Assembly (NCBI GenBank): GCA_041577295.1
Contig: JBFGJG010000021.1
Coordinates: 1 to 64,000, forward strand
Source: Gemmatimonadales bacterium
Lineage (GTDB): Bacteria; Gemmatimonadota; Gemmatimonadetes; Gemmatimonadales; GWC2-71-9
Direction of reading: 5' to 3'
DNA: 64,000 nucleotides
Position numbers and translations under genes: made by a program
Shown: positions 27,521-36,852 of the stretch, piece after piece
How the letters are laid out: each line of letters opens with the position of its first letter
Numbering within the stretch: position 1 is the stretch's first letter
The notes under the pieces: model-generated
Database searches by the model: none
Told to the model about the DNA's origin: nothing
Seen by the model: the letters and a program-made list of their open reading frames with translations, nothing else

Positions 27521-28240
27521 TCAATCGTGGCCGCCTATGTACTGTCGGATCATCCGTTGCCACCACGGCCAATCGTGTGCCCAACCATCCCAGATGCGCA
27601 GGGCATGCCAGATATCCTTGCTCCACAATACTCCGGACAAGTGCACGTTGTTAGCCCGTGCTGCGTCATCCTGTCCGATTGCGAGAATGATATCGACGCC
27701 TCGGAGCGCTTGCAGCCTATCTGCATCTCCTTCGTAAATCATGTAGTGCGACGGGTCGTGCCGATACACGCGCTCGTCCGAATAACCTCCGGTCAGCTCC
27801 TTGATGTCGTACAGACCGCTGAGCCCGATCACGCGTCCCACGAGATGGGGATGGCGGAAGGTGAAGTTGACCGCGTGGTAGGCTCCAAAGCTGGCGCCAG
27901 TCAGAATGAGAAACGGATTGCCGTTGCGGCTACTGAACGGGAGCACCTCCTCCAGTACGTAGCGCTCGTATTGCTCGTGGCGGTCGACGCGTTCAGACGG
28001 CGGGCGTGATTTCGCATACCAGCTTTCGGCATCTACGCTATCGAGACAGAAGAGCTGGATCCAACCTCGCTCGAGGTGCTCTCCCAACGCGGCGATCATT
28101 CCGCGGTCTTCCCAATCCCATGGCCGGCCCTGGGAGGTTGGGAACGCAATGACGCGGGCTCCGCTGTGACCGAAGACGAGTAGCTCCATGTCACGGCCCA
28201 GTGAGGAGCTATACCAGCGGTGATGCTCTTTGTGTGGCAG
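27521..28240 (-). CDS. Alpha/beta-hydrolase esterase (probable CTG start)
   Basis: FGHSG..V..FPTS, GASFG nucleophile, HDWPWW His. GGAGG lies 5 nt before CTG at 28240. Confidence 0.82.
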   Translation of the reverse strand: MPHKEHHRWYSSSLGRDMELLVFGHSGARVIAFPTSQGRPWDWEDRGMIAALGEHLERGWIQLFCLDSVDAESWYAKSRPPSERVDRHEQYERYVLEEVLPFSSRNGNPFLILTGASFGAYHAVNFTFRHPHLVGRVIGLSGLYDIKELTGGYSDERVYRHDPSHYMIYEGDADRLQALRGVDIILAIGQDDAARANNVHLSGVLWSKDIWHALRIWDGWAHDWPWWQRMIRQYIGGHD

Positions 28241-28298
28241 TTGAGCCTCCGTTCTTTGTGGAGTGGCGGCGTTTTCCGGTTGGCGCGAACCTATTCCG

Positions 28299-29633
28299 CT
28301 ACGTGCCCGCGATGGCGTCGCGCACGGCTGTGAGCAACCACCAGATGCCAATCAACGACATAGCCACCGGGATAGCGAAGCGGATCCAAAGGTACAGCCA
28401 AATACCGGCCGGTGAGCGATCTGCTCCGAGCTCGCGCAATGCACGGGCACGCGGCACGGCCCATCCTACCGTCAGGACCGCAAGGAGCACTCCCAGGGTC
28501 TGCATACCGGATCCAAAGGTAAGGTCCCACGGAACGAAGATGTTCGTGTTGATCATGGGCGGGATGGCAAAAAGCAACACGACGCCTGCCATGAGCCAGA
28601 CCGCCCGTCGTCGACTCAACCTCGTGTTGTCGGTGACTCCGGCAATCAGCACTTCAAAGGCGGCGACGTCAGACAAGTATGCACCGCCGAGCAGGCCAAC
28701 GAAAAACAGAAAGCCGAAGATCCAACCGGCGGGCAGGGCCTCAAACACGCCAGGCAATGTGGCAAACACCAACCCAGGCCCGCTGCCCGGTGTGAGACCA
28801 AGGGCAAAGACGGCGGGAAAGATTGCCAAACCGGCGAGGAGCCCGGCCGTTGTGTCTCCGAAGGCCGTCCAGACCGCGCTGCGGCGTAGGCTCGCATGAT
28901 GATCCAGGTACGAGCCATACACGACCATGAACGTACCGCCGAGCGACAGCGAGAACACCGCCTGTCCCATGGCTGCGACGATGACGGTAGGGGTTATGGC
29001 CGCGAAGTCCACCTTGAGGATGTACCAGCGCAGTCCTTCGCTGCTTCCCGGTAAGGTGAGCGATCGGACAATTAGAACGAAGAGTGTTCCAAAGAGTACT
29101 GGTATCAGGATTCGGCTCACCGGTTCGATTCCTCGCCGAAGCCCACGGACGAGCACTACCGCACATCCGACGATGACGAGCGTCGTGAAGCCCAACTGAA
29201 GAAAGAAGGACTTCGCATGAAATCCGGAGTCGGGAGGGAGGATCGCGGATTGATCCCAGGAGATCCCGACGGCCTGCACAACCTCTCCGACCGCGTAATA
29301 CAGGACCCACCCTACCACGTTGGTGTAATACGCCGTCGCCGCCGTCACCACGAAGAAAAAGAACCAACCCACCACCTTTCCCCAGGGCAACCCAGCACGC
29401 TCGAAGGCTCCGACGGGCCCTCGCCGGGTGTGGCGGCCAAGTGTCCACTCGGTCATGAGCGCGGGGATTCCGATGGCCAGTACCGCGACGAGATAGACTA
29501 GCACGAACGCCGCGCCGCCAAAGCGACCGACCATGTACGGGAAGCGCCAGACGTTGCCCAGTCCGACCGCGACACCAACCATGGTGAGAAGGGTGCCAAC
29601 GGTCGAGGCAAATCCTTCCCGCCCGTTGCTCAC
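28299..29633 (-). CDS. Sodium-dependent transporter, NSS/SNF family
   Basis: GVAVGLGNVWRFPY..G..GG, GQ.FFSLS-like (GQAVFSLSLG), GPGL.F. Confidence 0.92.
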   Translation of the reverse strand: MSNGREGFASTVGTLLTMVGVAVGLGNVWRFPYMVGRFGGAAFVLVYLVAVLAIGIPALMTEWTLGRHTRRGPVGAFERAGLPWGKVVGWFFFFVVTAATAYYTNVVGWVLYYAVGEVVQAVGISWDQSAILPPDSGFHAKSFFLQLGFTTLVIVGCAVVLVRGLRRGIEPVSRILIPVLFGTLFVLIVRSLTLPGSSEGLRWYILKVDFAAITPTVIVAAMGQAVFSLSLGGTFMVVYGSYLDHHASLRRSAVWTAFGDTTAGLLAGLAIFPAVFALGLTPGSGPGLVFATLPGVFEALPAGWIFGFLFFVGLLGGAYLSDVAAFEVLIAGVTDNTRLSRRRAVWLMAGVVLLFAIPPMINTNIFVPWDLTFGSGMQTLGVLLAVLTVGWAVPRARALRELGADRSPAGIWLYLWIRFAIPVAMSLIGIWWLLTAVRDAIAGT

Positions 29634-29639
29634 GAAATG

Positions 29640-30071
29640 CTAAGGGGCTCGAGGTCGCTCGTAAGGGATGATATGCTCCCACTCAGCAGGATCCGAACGG
29701 GCAACGACCGCTACCACGGGCTCGGTGTCGCTCAAGTTGAACACTTCGTGCGGAACCCCAGGCTCGATGAAGATGAAGTCACCCGCCTCATTATCGATCA
29801 CGTGTTCGAGGGCAGAGCCGTACTCGTGGCGCACCCTTCCCTCGAGGATGTATAGCATCACCTCGAAATCCACGTGAATGTGCGCACGCGCAACGCCACC
29901 TGGGGGTATCGTTGCCACGTTCATAGAGAGCGCCTTGGCCGCGACGTTCCTTGCAGACATCCCGGTGCGGTACTCGATGCCGTTCCACTGACGCCATGCA
30001 CCGCCGCCACGGATTATGCGGATACCATCGCCGCCTTCGACCGCGCGTGTGAGTGACTCGCTGTTTTCCAT
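29640..30071 (-). CDS. Cupin-domain protein (RmlC-like)
   Basis: AHIH...E..LY.LEG and GDFIFI.PGVPH cupin motifs. Confidence 0.85.
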   Translation of the reverse strand: MENSESLTRAVEGGDGIRIIRGGGAWRQWNGIEYRTGMSARNVAAKALSMNVATIPPGGVARAHIHVDFEVMLYILEGRVRHEYGSALEHVIDNEAGDFIFIEPGVPHEVFNLSDTEPVVAVVARSDPAEWEHIIPYERPRAP

Positions 30072-30215
30072 GGGAGATCCTCGGTGTGCCAATACCAACC
30101 GTCTCGCGGGAATGCGGGAAGCTACCCGTCCAGGAGGGGAGGGGAAGGGAAGACGCGGGCGAACGGAGTAACCTCCGCCCGCCCGCGCGAGTTCTCCCTA
30201 AGCGTGGAACAAAGG

Positions 30216-30530
30216 CTAGCGCGCAGCCTTGACGGTCTCGCCGGAGTGCTCGGCGGACCAACGCCTCAGCGCCTGTTCGAAGTCCATCCGCGCACTCTCA
30301 AACTTGCCCTTGAGCGCGCCAAAGGCGTCTTCGCCTGCGTTGGTCGTCATCTCGCTCAGCTGTGTGCGGAGGGCCTCATATTTTTGTTCGAGCGCAGTCA
30401 GTGTACGGCTCATGCTCAGTCGGGCGTCGGCACTCGCCTTCTCAGTCCGCGCCGCGAGCTTGTCCAGATCGGCCTTCCACGCTTTCAGCTGCGCTTCCAT
30501 CTTGTCCAGATACGCCTTCCGATCCTTCAT
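30216..30530 (-). CDS. Small coiled-coil conserved hypothetical protein
   Basis: AGGAGG RBS. AY..KMEAQL..W.A.LD.L helical pattern. Confidence 0.75.
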   Translation of the reverse strand: MKDRKAYLDKMEAQLKAWKADLDKLAARTEKASADARLSMSRTLTALEQKYEALRTQLSEMTTNAGEDAFGALKGKFESARMDFEQALRRWSAEHSGETVKAAR

Positions 30531-30595
30531 TCGGCCTCCTTTCGTGTGGTCTACTCCGTAAGTCATTTCAGGTGAATACTTTACGCTGCTAACTT

Positions 30596-30624
30596 AACAT
30601 AACACGTAAGGCCGCCAACGTCAA
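30596..30624 (-). promoter_or_regulatory. Sigma70-type promoter
   Basis: Minus strand TTGACG-N17-TATGTT with an extended -10 TG, in an AT-enriched spacer. Confidence 0.65.
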
Positions 30625-30661
30625 CCGGCTAGTCAAAGATAAGGTTAAATCCCACAATGCT

Positions 30662-31117
30662 TTATGCGGCTTCGACAGTCGCAGTGCAGTGCCCGCAGCG
30701 CGTGGCCTTCAGGGGGATGGACATCATGCAGTGCGGACAGTCCCTGGCAGTCGGCGGCGGGGGAGGTCCTTCCTCTTTGCGCTTGAGCCGGACCATGGCC
30801 CGCACGACGAAGAACATGGCGAGCGCGACGATGAGAAACGCCACGACGTTGTCGACGAAGATTCCCCAACTGATGACGACCGCGCCGGCCTCCTGCGCCT
30901 GTTCGAGCGTCGGGTAGGGACCTGGCGTCGTGCCTTCCTTTAGCGTCATGAACAGGTTTGAGAAGTCGACGTCTCCCATGAGCAAACCCAGTGGGGGAGT
31001 CAGCACGTCCGAGACGAGCGACTTGACGACCGTCCCGAACGCCGCGCCGATGATGATCCCCACGGCCATGTCGACGACGTTGCCGCGGAGGGCGAACTCC
31101 TTGAAGTCCTTCAGCAT
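30662..31117 (-). CDS. mscL: Large-conductance mechanosensitive channel with C-terminal CxxC..CxxC ribbon
   Basis: [23 protein letters not shown]; tail CPHC...RCGHC. Confidence 0.95.
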   Translation of the reverse strand: MLKDFKEFALRGNVVDMAVGIIIGAAFGTVVKSLVSDVLTPPLGLLMGDVDFSNLFMTLKEGTTPGPYPTLEQAQEAGAVVISWGIFVDNVVAFLIVALAMFFVVRAMVRLKRKEEGPPPPPTARDCPHCMMSIPLKATRCGHCTATVEAA

Positions 31118-31352
31118 CTGCTGCTCCTGTGAGAGGGTAGAGGCGTAACGCCGCGCTAATGATAGCCGCCGTCCCCCTTCTCGCCACCCGAGGCGTGACC
31201 CAGCCCCTCTCGTGGGGTAGACTCCCGGGGTTCCTCCGATTAACCTACGCCTGCGATTAGCCTAATATTCTGTCGTTGAATGGGTTAGGAAGAAACCGCA
31301 GTGCCTTTCCGCCCGCCCGGCAGCACTAACCTCACATGAACACGGAAACGTC

Positions 31353-32426
31353 ATGAAGCGATATCAGCTTGCTGCGCTATTGTTAGCTCCGCTGCTCCTC
31401 TTGGCCGGAGTGCGGCCGGGATGGTCCCAGCAGACGCTCGTCCTGACCAACGGTGACCGCCTCTCGGGCCAGCTTCAAAGGATCCAAGGGGGAGCATGGG
31501 TGTTCACGCATGCGGGTGGTGACGTGAAGATCGCCGCGTCCAATGTGGCGGCGTTTACCACCCCGGATCCAATCGGCATCCGGCTCTCTGACGGCACCAT
31601 CGTCGCCGCTACCGTGAGCGGTGCGGGCCAGGGACTCCGTCTGACGACTGTCGACGGACAGGTTCGAACGGTCGCGGCCGGCGACTTTGCCGCCGTGGGG
31701 GCACCGACGGCCCTCGCGGCCCTCGAGCCTGTGGAGATCGGCTACTTCAGCCCGTTCGATCGGTTTTGGGGTGCAACTGCGAGCTTGGGATTCTCGGACA
31801 AGAGCGGGAATAGCCGCTCCCGCGGGTTATCGCTGGCGCTCGAAGCCGGTCGCAAGAGCCCCAAGGATCGGCTGACGTTCAAGGCTGGGCTGGCCCGTGA
31901 GGAAGCGCGGCTCGAGGATCAGGCGTTCGAGAAGACCGTTGAGAAGTATTACGGCTCATTGCGGCTGGATGTCTACTTCAGCTCGAGATTCTTCGTCTTC
32001 GCGGTGACGGGCCAGGAACGAGATCAGTTCCAGGACATCGACCTGCGTTCGACCTACAACGGAGGCCTTGGGTATCAGATCGTCGCTACCGACCTGACCG
32101 ACCTCCGGTGGTATACGTCCGGCGGTGCCCGTGTGGAGAACTTCACCTCGGGTGGGAGCGTATCCACGGGGATCGTCAACACGGGTGCCGCGTTACGCCA
32201 GGTGCTGGGACCGGCCGTGTTCAATTGGAGCGCCGACTGGTCACCCAGCGTGGAGCAGATCAGCGACTACCGGTTTGTTTCCGATGCGAGCGTGACCACC
32301 TCGATCTATAAGGGTATTGGGTTCCGGATCGGGTTGCGAAACGAAATCAACAACAACCCCAGGCCAGGTGTACAAAAACACGATATGCTCGTTACAACGA
32401 CGCTCACCTACACGATCGGGCAGTGA
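31353..32426 (+). CDS. DUF481/YdiY-like outer-membrane beta-barrel
   Basis: Signal peptide, LTNGD.L.G N-domain, SGNS, D.FQ.ID.R, terminal TTTLTY strand. Confidence 0.8.
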   Translation: MKRYQLAALLLAPLLLLAGVRPGWSQQTLVLTNGDRLSGQLQRIQGGAWVFTHAGGDVKIAASNVAAFTTPDPIGIRLSDGTIVAATVSGAGQGLRLTTVDGQVRTVAAGDFAAVGAPTALAALEPVEIGYFSPFDRFWGATASLGFSDKSGNSRSRGLSLALEAGRKSPKDRLTFKAGLAREEARLEDQAFEKTVEKYYGSLRLDVYFSSRFFVFAVTGQERDQFQDIDLRSTYNGGLGYQIVATDLTDLRWYTSGGARVENFTSGGSVSTGIVNTGAALRQVLGPAVFNWSADWSPSVEQISDYRFVSDASVTTSIYKGIGFRIGLRNEINNNPRPGVQKHDMLVTTTLTYTIGQ

Positions 32427-32461
32427 CCTGGGTGAGTCGGCGACTACTCGGTGAGGCTTGA

Positions 32462-32878
32462 TTGGCGCAAATCGATTCGGCCCATGTGTTTGCGAACGAT
32501 TTCTGCGAGATCGGATTCGACGAGGACCGGTCGTTGTTGGAGCTGCGCTGGAAGCTGGCGACGACGCGGATGGGCTCCGATGACTTCCGCGATGGGCTCG
32601 AGCGGTTCGCCGAGTTGGCCGAGTGTCATCGCGCACGCCGATTGCTGGTAGACGTGAGTGGCTTCCGCTATAGCTTGTCACCGGATCTGATTCTCTGGCG
32701 GGACCAGGAGATTGCGCCGCGCTACAATAGGGCGGGCGTTGATCGCCTGGCATATGTAGTCCGAGAGGGCTTCCCGATACCATCATTTGACGGGAAGCCC
32801 CTCTCGAAGCGGGAGCTGTTCCGCACACGCTTTTTCACATCGCGTGCGGATGCGCATTGCTGGCTGGTAAGGGCTTAG
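32462..32878 (+). CDS. Hypothetical protein, possible STAS/SpoIIAA-like fold
   Basis: LLVD, W....I.PRY..AG...LAYV and F.SRA.A..WL pattern. Confidence 0.6.
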   Translation: MAQIDSAHVFANDFCEIGFDEDRSLLELRWKLATTRMGSDDFRDGLERFAELAECHRARRLLVDVSGFRYSLSPDLILWRDQEIAPRYNRAGVDRLAYVVREGFPIPSFDGKPLSKRELFRTRFFTSRADAHCWLVRA

Positions 32879-33198
32879 CGCCTCTTGGCCCTTCGGCCGC
32901 TCCGCTTTTTCCTCTTCCCTTCGGTCAGCTCGCGCGCTGCGAGGCCCGCCACTGCCGTAATGCCAGCAGCGGCTGCAGCGGCGCCCGCTCCCTTTAGAAT
33001 CTTGCCGGACTTGGCGAGCGTCCGCTTTACTTTCTGACGCCGCGCAACCTGCCGTGCCTTCCTCTTCATCTTGTCGACGGCACGCTTCGCGCGCTTCGCA
33101 ACCTTCGCCGTTGTCCGCTTGGCGCGTTTCGCGCCCTTTCCGATCGCGGCGCGCGCCTTCTTCCTCGCGCGCGTTGCCTTCCCACCGCGTGTCGCCAT
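32875..33198 (-). CDS. Small, very basic K/R/A-rich protein
   Basis: 107 aa, about 40 K+R, AKRAKR repeats and an Ala/Gly hydrophobic stretch. Confidence 0.65.
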   Translation of the reverse strand: MATRGGKATRARKKARAAIGKGAKRAKRTTAKVAKRAKRAVDKMKRKARQVARRQKVKRTLAKSGKILKGAGAAAAAAGITAVAGLAARELTEGKRKKRSGRRAKRR

Positions 33199-33346
33199 GC
33201 ACACCCCCGTTGAGGTTTCCTGTCTCGTTTGTCCGAGCCCACAATATAAGAGCAGTCCCAACCTCCCTTCGACCCCCGTGAGCAGTGAGCAGTCAGGAAT
33301 GATCCCCAGTCGTAAACCTGACTAGTTATCCAGGACAGTTCCCGTA

Positions 33347-34666
33347 TTAACTGCTCTCCGCTCTGGTCAGTCGGTAAATGAGCAGGGCTGCTCGCTTCGT
33401 GACGACCGCGAGAGACCGGAGATCCACCGTCTCGTTCAGACTGTGGCCGCCAGATCCCACCACGCCCAACCCGTCGAGCGCGTCCACGAGCGGTGCGACG
33501 AACGACACGTCGGCGGCTCCGCGGCGACCGGGATCTACCGCTTCGATCGGTCCGTACCCGAGATCTCGACTCACCCGATCCAGGGCTTCCAGGAGCGCAT
33601 AGTTCCCCGGTGTTGGGGCCATCGGCGGGTAGGAATCCCGAAACGAGATCTCCGCCGCGGTTCCAGGTAAACCACGCGCCACAATTGCCCGCATCCGGTC
33701 TTTTGCTCTTTCACGCTGTTCCACGGTCAGCGTGCGAAGGTCACCGGCCACCGTGACCGCCTGTGGAATCACGTTGGTCTTCCCGAATGCCGTTCCTCGG
33801 GCCTGCTCGGCGTCATAGGTGACCTGCGTCCCACCCAGGACGATCCCGGGGCCAAACGTCAGATAACGCTCTCCCCGAATCTCCGAGTAGAATGCGTTGA
33901 GGATGCGCGCGCTTTCGTAGATGGCTCCGGCGCCATACTCGTCGCCAAAGATGACCGACGAATGTCCCCGGCGGCCGGTAACGGTCAGCGTCCACCCAGT
34001 GAACCCGCGTCTCGCCACGGTCGCCGTATTGAATCCGCCTACGCCCCCCTCGAACCCGAGTGCGAGATCACACCCGCGGGCCGCCTCGATTAGATGATGC
34101 CGGCTGACGCTCAACGGATCACCCGTATCCTCCTCGTCACCGGTGAACGCTACCGTGACGTTGGTGCCCCTTAGGGCGCCAGCAGCGTGCAATGCCTTGA
34201 GCGCGAACAGGGCGACCACATTTCCACCCTTCATGTCCTCCACCCCCGGTCCTCGAGCGACGGAGTCGTTGCGCTCGAAGCGTTGAAACGGGCTGTCCCG
34301 CTCGAACACCGTGTCGAGGTGACCGATCAGCAGCACACACTTGCCGTGAGTTCCCCGCGCCCGAGCGACGAGGTGACCTGCGCGGTTCACCGAGTCCGGC
34401 ATGTCAACCCAGCGAGTCTCCATGTCCAGGGCGTCGAACGCGGCCCGGAAAATCTGGCCCACCTCCCGCACACCTGCGTGGTTCATCGTGCCACTGTTCA
34501 CGTTCACCACACGTTGCAGAAAATCGACTGCCTCGTCGGTGTGCTCGTCGACATGTCCGACGATCCGCCGCTCCACTTCGGACAGCTGTGCCACCTGCGA
34601 ATGGAGTGGGGACGAGAGTGTCGCTATGAGAAGGAGCACGATCAGTCGGTTCATCGGAGGACTCAT
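33347..34666 (-). CDS. M20-family metallopeptidase (carboxypeptidase G2-like), secreted
   Basis: GHLDTVF, GPG..DMKGG, DEE, NVIP, GH...E; signal peptide. Start is 34666 or 34654. Confidence 0.9.
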   Translation of the reverse strand: MSPPMNRLIVLLLIATLSSPLHSQVAQLSEVERRIVGHVDEHTDEAVDFLQRVVNVNSGTMNHAGVREVGQIFRAAFDALDMETRWVDMPDSVNRAGHLVARARGTHGKCVLLIGHLDTVFERDSPFQRFERNDSVARGPGVEDMKGGNVVALFALKALHAAGALRGTNVTVAFTGDEEDTGDPLSVSRHHLIEAARGCDLALGFEGGVGGFNTATVARRGFTGWTLTVTGRRGHSSVIFGDEYGAGAIYESARILNAFYSEIRGERYLTFGPGIVLGGTQVTYDAEQARGTAFGKTNVIPQAVTVAGDLRTLTVEQRERAKDRMRAIVARGLPGTAAEISFRDSYPPMAPTPGNYALLEALDRVSRDLGYGPIEAVDPGRRGAADVSFVAPLVDALDGLGVVGSGGHSLNETVDLRSLAVVTKRAALLIYRLTRAESS

Positions 34667-34822
34667 GCCTGTGTAGTGGACTCGCCGCGGTGGACGGGAG
34701 TTCCGCCCAGGGTCGTGGAAAGGTATCACGTTGTCGCATTAGTTTGGCGTTAGTCGGCATGGACAAATGCCGAACCGGACATCATTACTTGGGGAACACC
34801 ACTACCTCCGAGCACGCCAGCT

Positions 34823-36238
34823 ATGACCGTCAACTACAGTTTCCTCGACCAAGTCAACAGGAGCTTCGACCAGGCGGCTAGGTACACAAAGCTCGATCCC
34901 ACGCTGCTCAATCAAATCAAGCATTGCAACTGCGTTTACTACATCACATTTCCGCTACGTCGGGATAACGGCAACATCGACGTCGTTGAAGCGTGGCGGG
35001 CCGAACACAGCCATCACCGCCTCCCCACCAAAGGCGGAATCCGTTACAGCATGGCGGTGAGCGAGGACGAGGTGATGGCGCTGGCTGCATTGATGAGCTA
35101 CAAGTGTGCGATCGTAGACGTGCCATTCGGCGGTGCGAAGGGTGGCGTCAAGGTCTCCACCCGTAGCTACTCCGAATCCGAACTCGAGCGCATCACGCGT
35201 CGCTTTGCGTTCGAGCTCGTCAGGAAGAACTTCCTCGGTCCCGGTGTCGACGTGCCAGCGCCGGACTATGGAACGGGCTCGCGTGAGATGGCCTGGATTG
35301 CGGATACCTACATCACGTTGTCCGGGGGAGAGCTCAACGCGCTCGCGTGTGTGACAGGAAAGCCTGTGACTCAGGGGGGGATCCGTGGGCGGCTCGAGGC
35401 GACGGGTCGCGGCGTCTTCTTTGGCATCCGCGAGGCTTGCAATTCAACGGAGGACATGAAGCGGTTGGGTCTCGAGCCGGGACTCCAAGGGAAGCGTGTG
35501 GTGGTGCAGGGCTTGGGCAACGTCGGCTATCACGCGGCGAAGTTTCTTCAGGAGGGAGGGGCGGTGTTAGTGGGGCTGGCAGAGTACGAGGGTGCCATCT
35601 GCAAAGGGACGGGAATCGACATCGAGCAGATAATGGCCCACCGGCGCGAGACGGGTTCGATCCTCGACTTTCCCGGTGCGACGAATATGCCGAGCTCCGA
35701 AGCCGCGCTGGAGCTCGAGTGCGATATTCTCGTTCCCGCGGCGCTGGAGAATCAGATCACGTCGGAGAACGCCCCACGCCTCAAAACAAAGATCATTGCC
35801 GAAGCAGCGAACGGTCCCACGTCCACAGAGGCAGAAGAGGTGCTCGCGGAGCGGGGCACCATGATCATCCCTGACACCTACCTCAACGCCGGCGGTGTGA
35901 CCGTCTCCTACTTCGAGTGGTTGAAGAATCTGTCACATGTCCGATTCGGTCGGATGCAAAAGCGCCGGGAGCAGTCGTCGGCGACTCGTCTGCTCAGGGC
36001 GGTCGAGCAGCTCACGGGACGCGAATTCTCCGAGACGGAGCTGCGCCATTCAACCGAAGGGGCCGACGAGGAGGACCTGGTCAACTCCGGTCTCGAGGAA
36101 ACCATGGTCAACGCGTATCGGCAGATCAATGAAACACGAAAGCGTTTGGGACGGGACGTGGATCTACGGACTGGTGCTTTGGTGACCGCGATTGACAAGA
36201 TCGCTAACGACTACTCGCAGCGCGGCATCTTCCCTTAA
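34823..36238 (+). CDS. gdhA: Glutamate dehydrogenase (Glu/Leu/Phe/Val dehydrogenase family)
   Basis: KGGIRY, PFGGAKGG, DVPAPD, GLGNVG, EAANGP, NAGGVTVSYFEW. Confidence 0.93.
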   Translation: MTVNYSFLDQVNRSFDQAARYTKLDPTLLNQIKHCNCVYYITFPLRRDNGNIDVVEAWRAEHSHHRLPTKGGIRYSMAVSEDEVMALAALMSYKCAIVDVPFGGAKGGVKVSTRSYSESELERITRRFAFELVRKNFLGPGVDVPAPDYGTGSREMAWIADTYITLSGGELNALACVTGKPVTQGGIRGRLEATGRGVFFGIREACNSTEDMKRLGLEPGLQGKRVVVQGLGNVGYHAAKFLQEGGAVLVGLAEYEGAICKGTGIDIEQIMAHRRETGSILDFPGATNMPSSEAALELECDILVPAALENQITSENAPRLKTKIIAEAANGPTSTEAEEVLAERGTMIIPDTYLNAGGVTVSYFEWLKNLSHVRFGRMQKRREQSSATRLLRAVEQLTGREFSETELRHSTEGADEEDLVNSGLEETMVNAYRQINETRKRLGRDVDLRTGALVTAIDKIANDYSQRGIFP

Positions 36239-36852
36239 GACAACGAGTCGGATTTCAGGTAGGCCCGTTCGATCACGACCGGTTCGAGCGGCAAGGCTTC
36301 AAAACGCGAAGTTCTTTGCGTGGGCACGGCCCCGATCGCGTCCACCACATCCATGCCCTCGACGACGCGTCCAAAGACCGCATACCCCCACCCTTCGTAC
36401 GTCGACTCCCGAAAGTCGAGCCTTGGGTTGTCCTTCAAGTTGATGAAGAACTCACTCGTGGCACTGTGAGGCTCGCTGGTGCGTGCCATGGCGAGCATGC
36501 CGCGGAGATTCTTGAGCCCATTGGCCGCCTCGTTGCGAATGCCCATGATCTGGGTCTTGCGGCTCACCATGTCCGCTGTGAGGAGGCCAGCCTGGATCAC
36601 GAAGTCCTTGCGGACCCTGTGGAACGTGAGACCGTCGTAGAATCGCGACCGCACGTGCAAGAGAAAGTTTTCGACCGTTTCGGGCGCGAGCTCGGGTTCG
36701 AGCTCGAGCGTGATAGCGCCGAATGAGGTCTCGAGCACCACTTGCGGCTTGGCCTGAGGGGTAACTGCGCTTTCTCCACTTTCCGGTGTGCCCTCGCTAC
36801 CGGTGCAAGCGATCACGAGGACGCTCAGGGCTGCAAGAACGCGGGGCGTCAT
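36235..36852 (-). CDS. Cyclophilin-type peptidyl-prolyl isomerase, lipoprotein
   Basis: Lipobox VIA-C, FHRV...FVIQ, AMART..P.SATS.FFIN, GYAVFG.V. ATGA overlap with pilT. Confidence 0.92.
   Translation of the reverse strand: MTPRVLAALSVLVIACTGSEGTPESGESAVTPQAKPQVVLETSFGAITLELEPELAPETVENFLLHVRSRFYDGLTFHRVRKDFVIQAGLLTADMVSRKTQIMGIRNEAANGLKNLRGMLAMARTSEPHSATSEFFINLKDNPRLDFRESTYEGWGYAVFGRVVEGMDVVDAIGAVPTQRTSRFEALPLEPVVIERAYLKSDSLS

Noticed and set aside
31238..31290. GATTAACCT / GATTAGCCT direct repeat upstream of the DUF481 gene
   Set aside because: Only two short imperfect copies; cannot be told apart from chance or ordinary promoter sequence.
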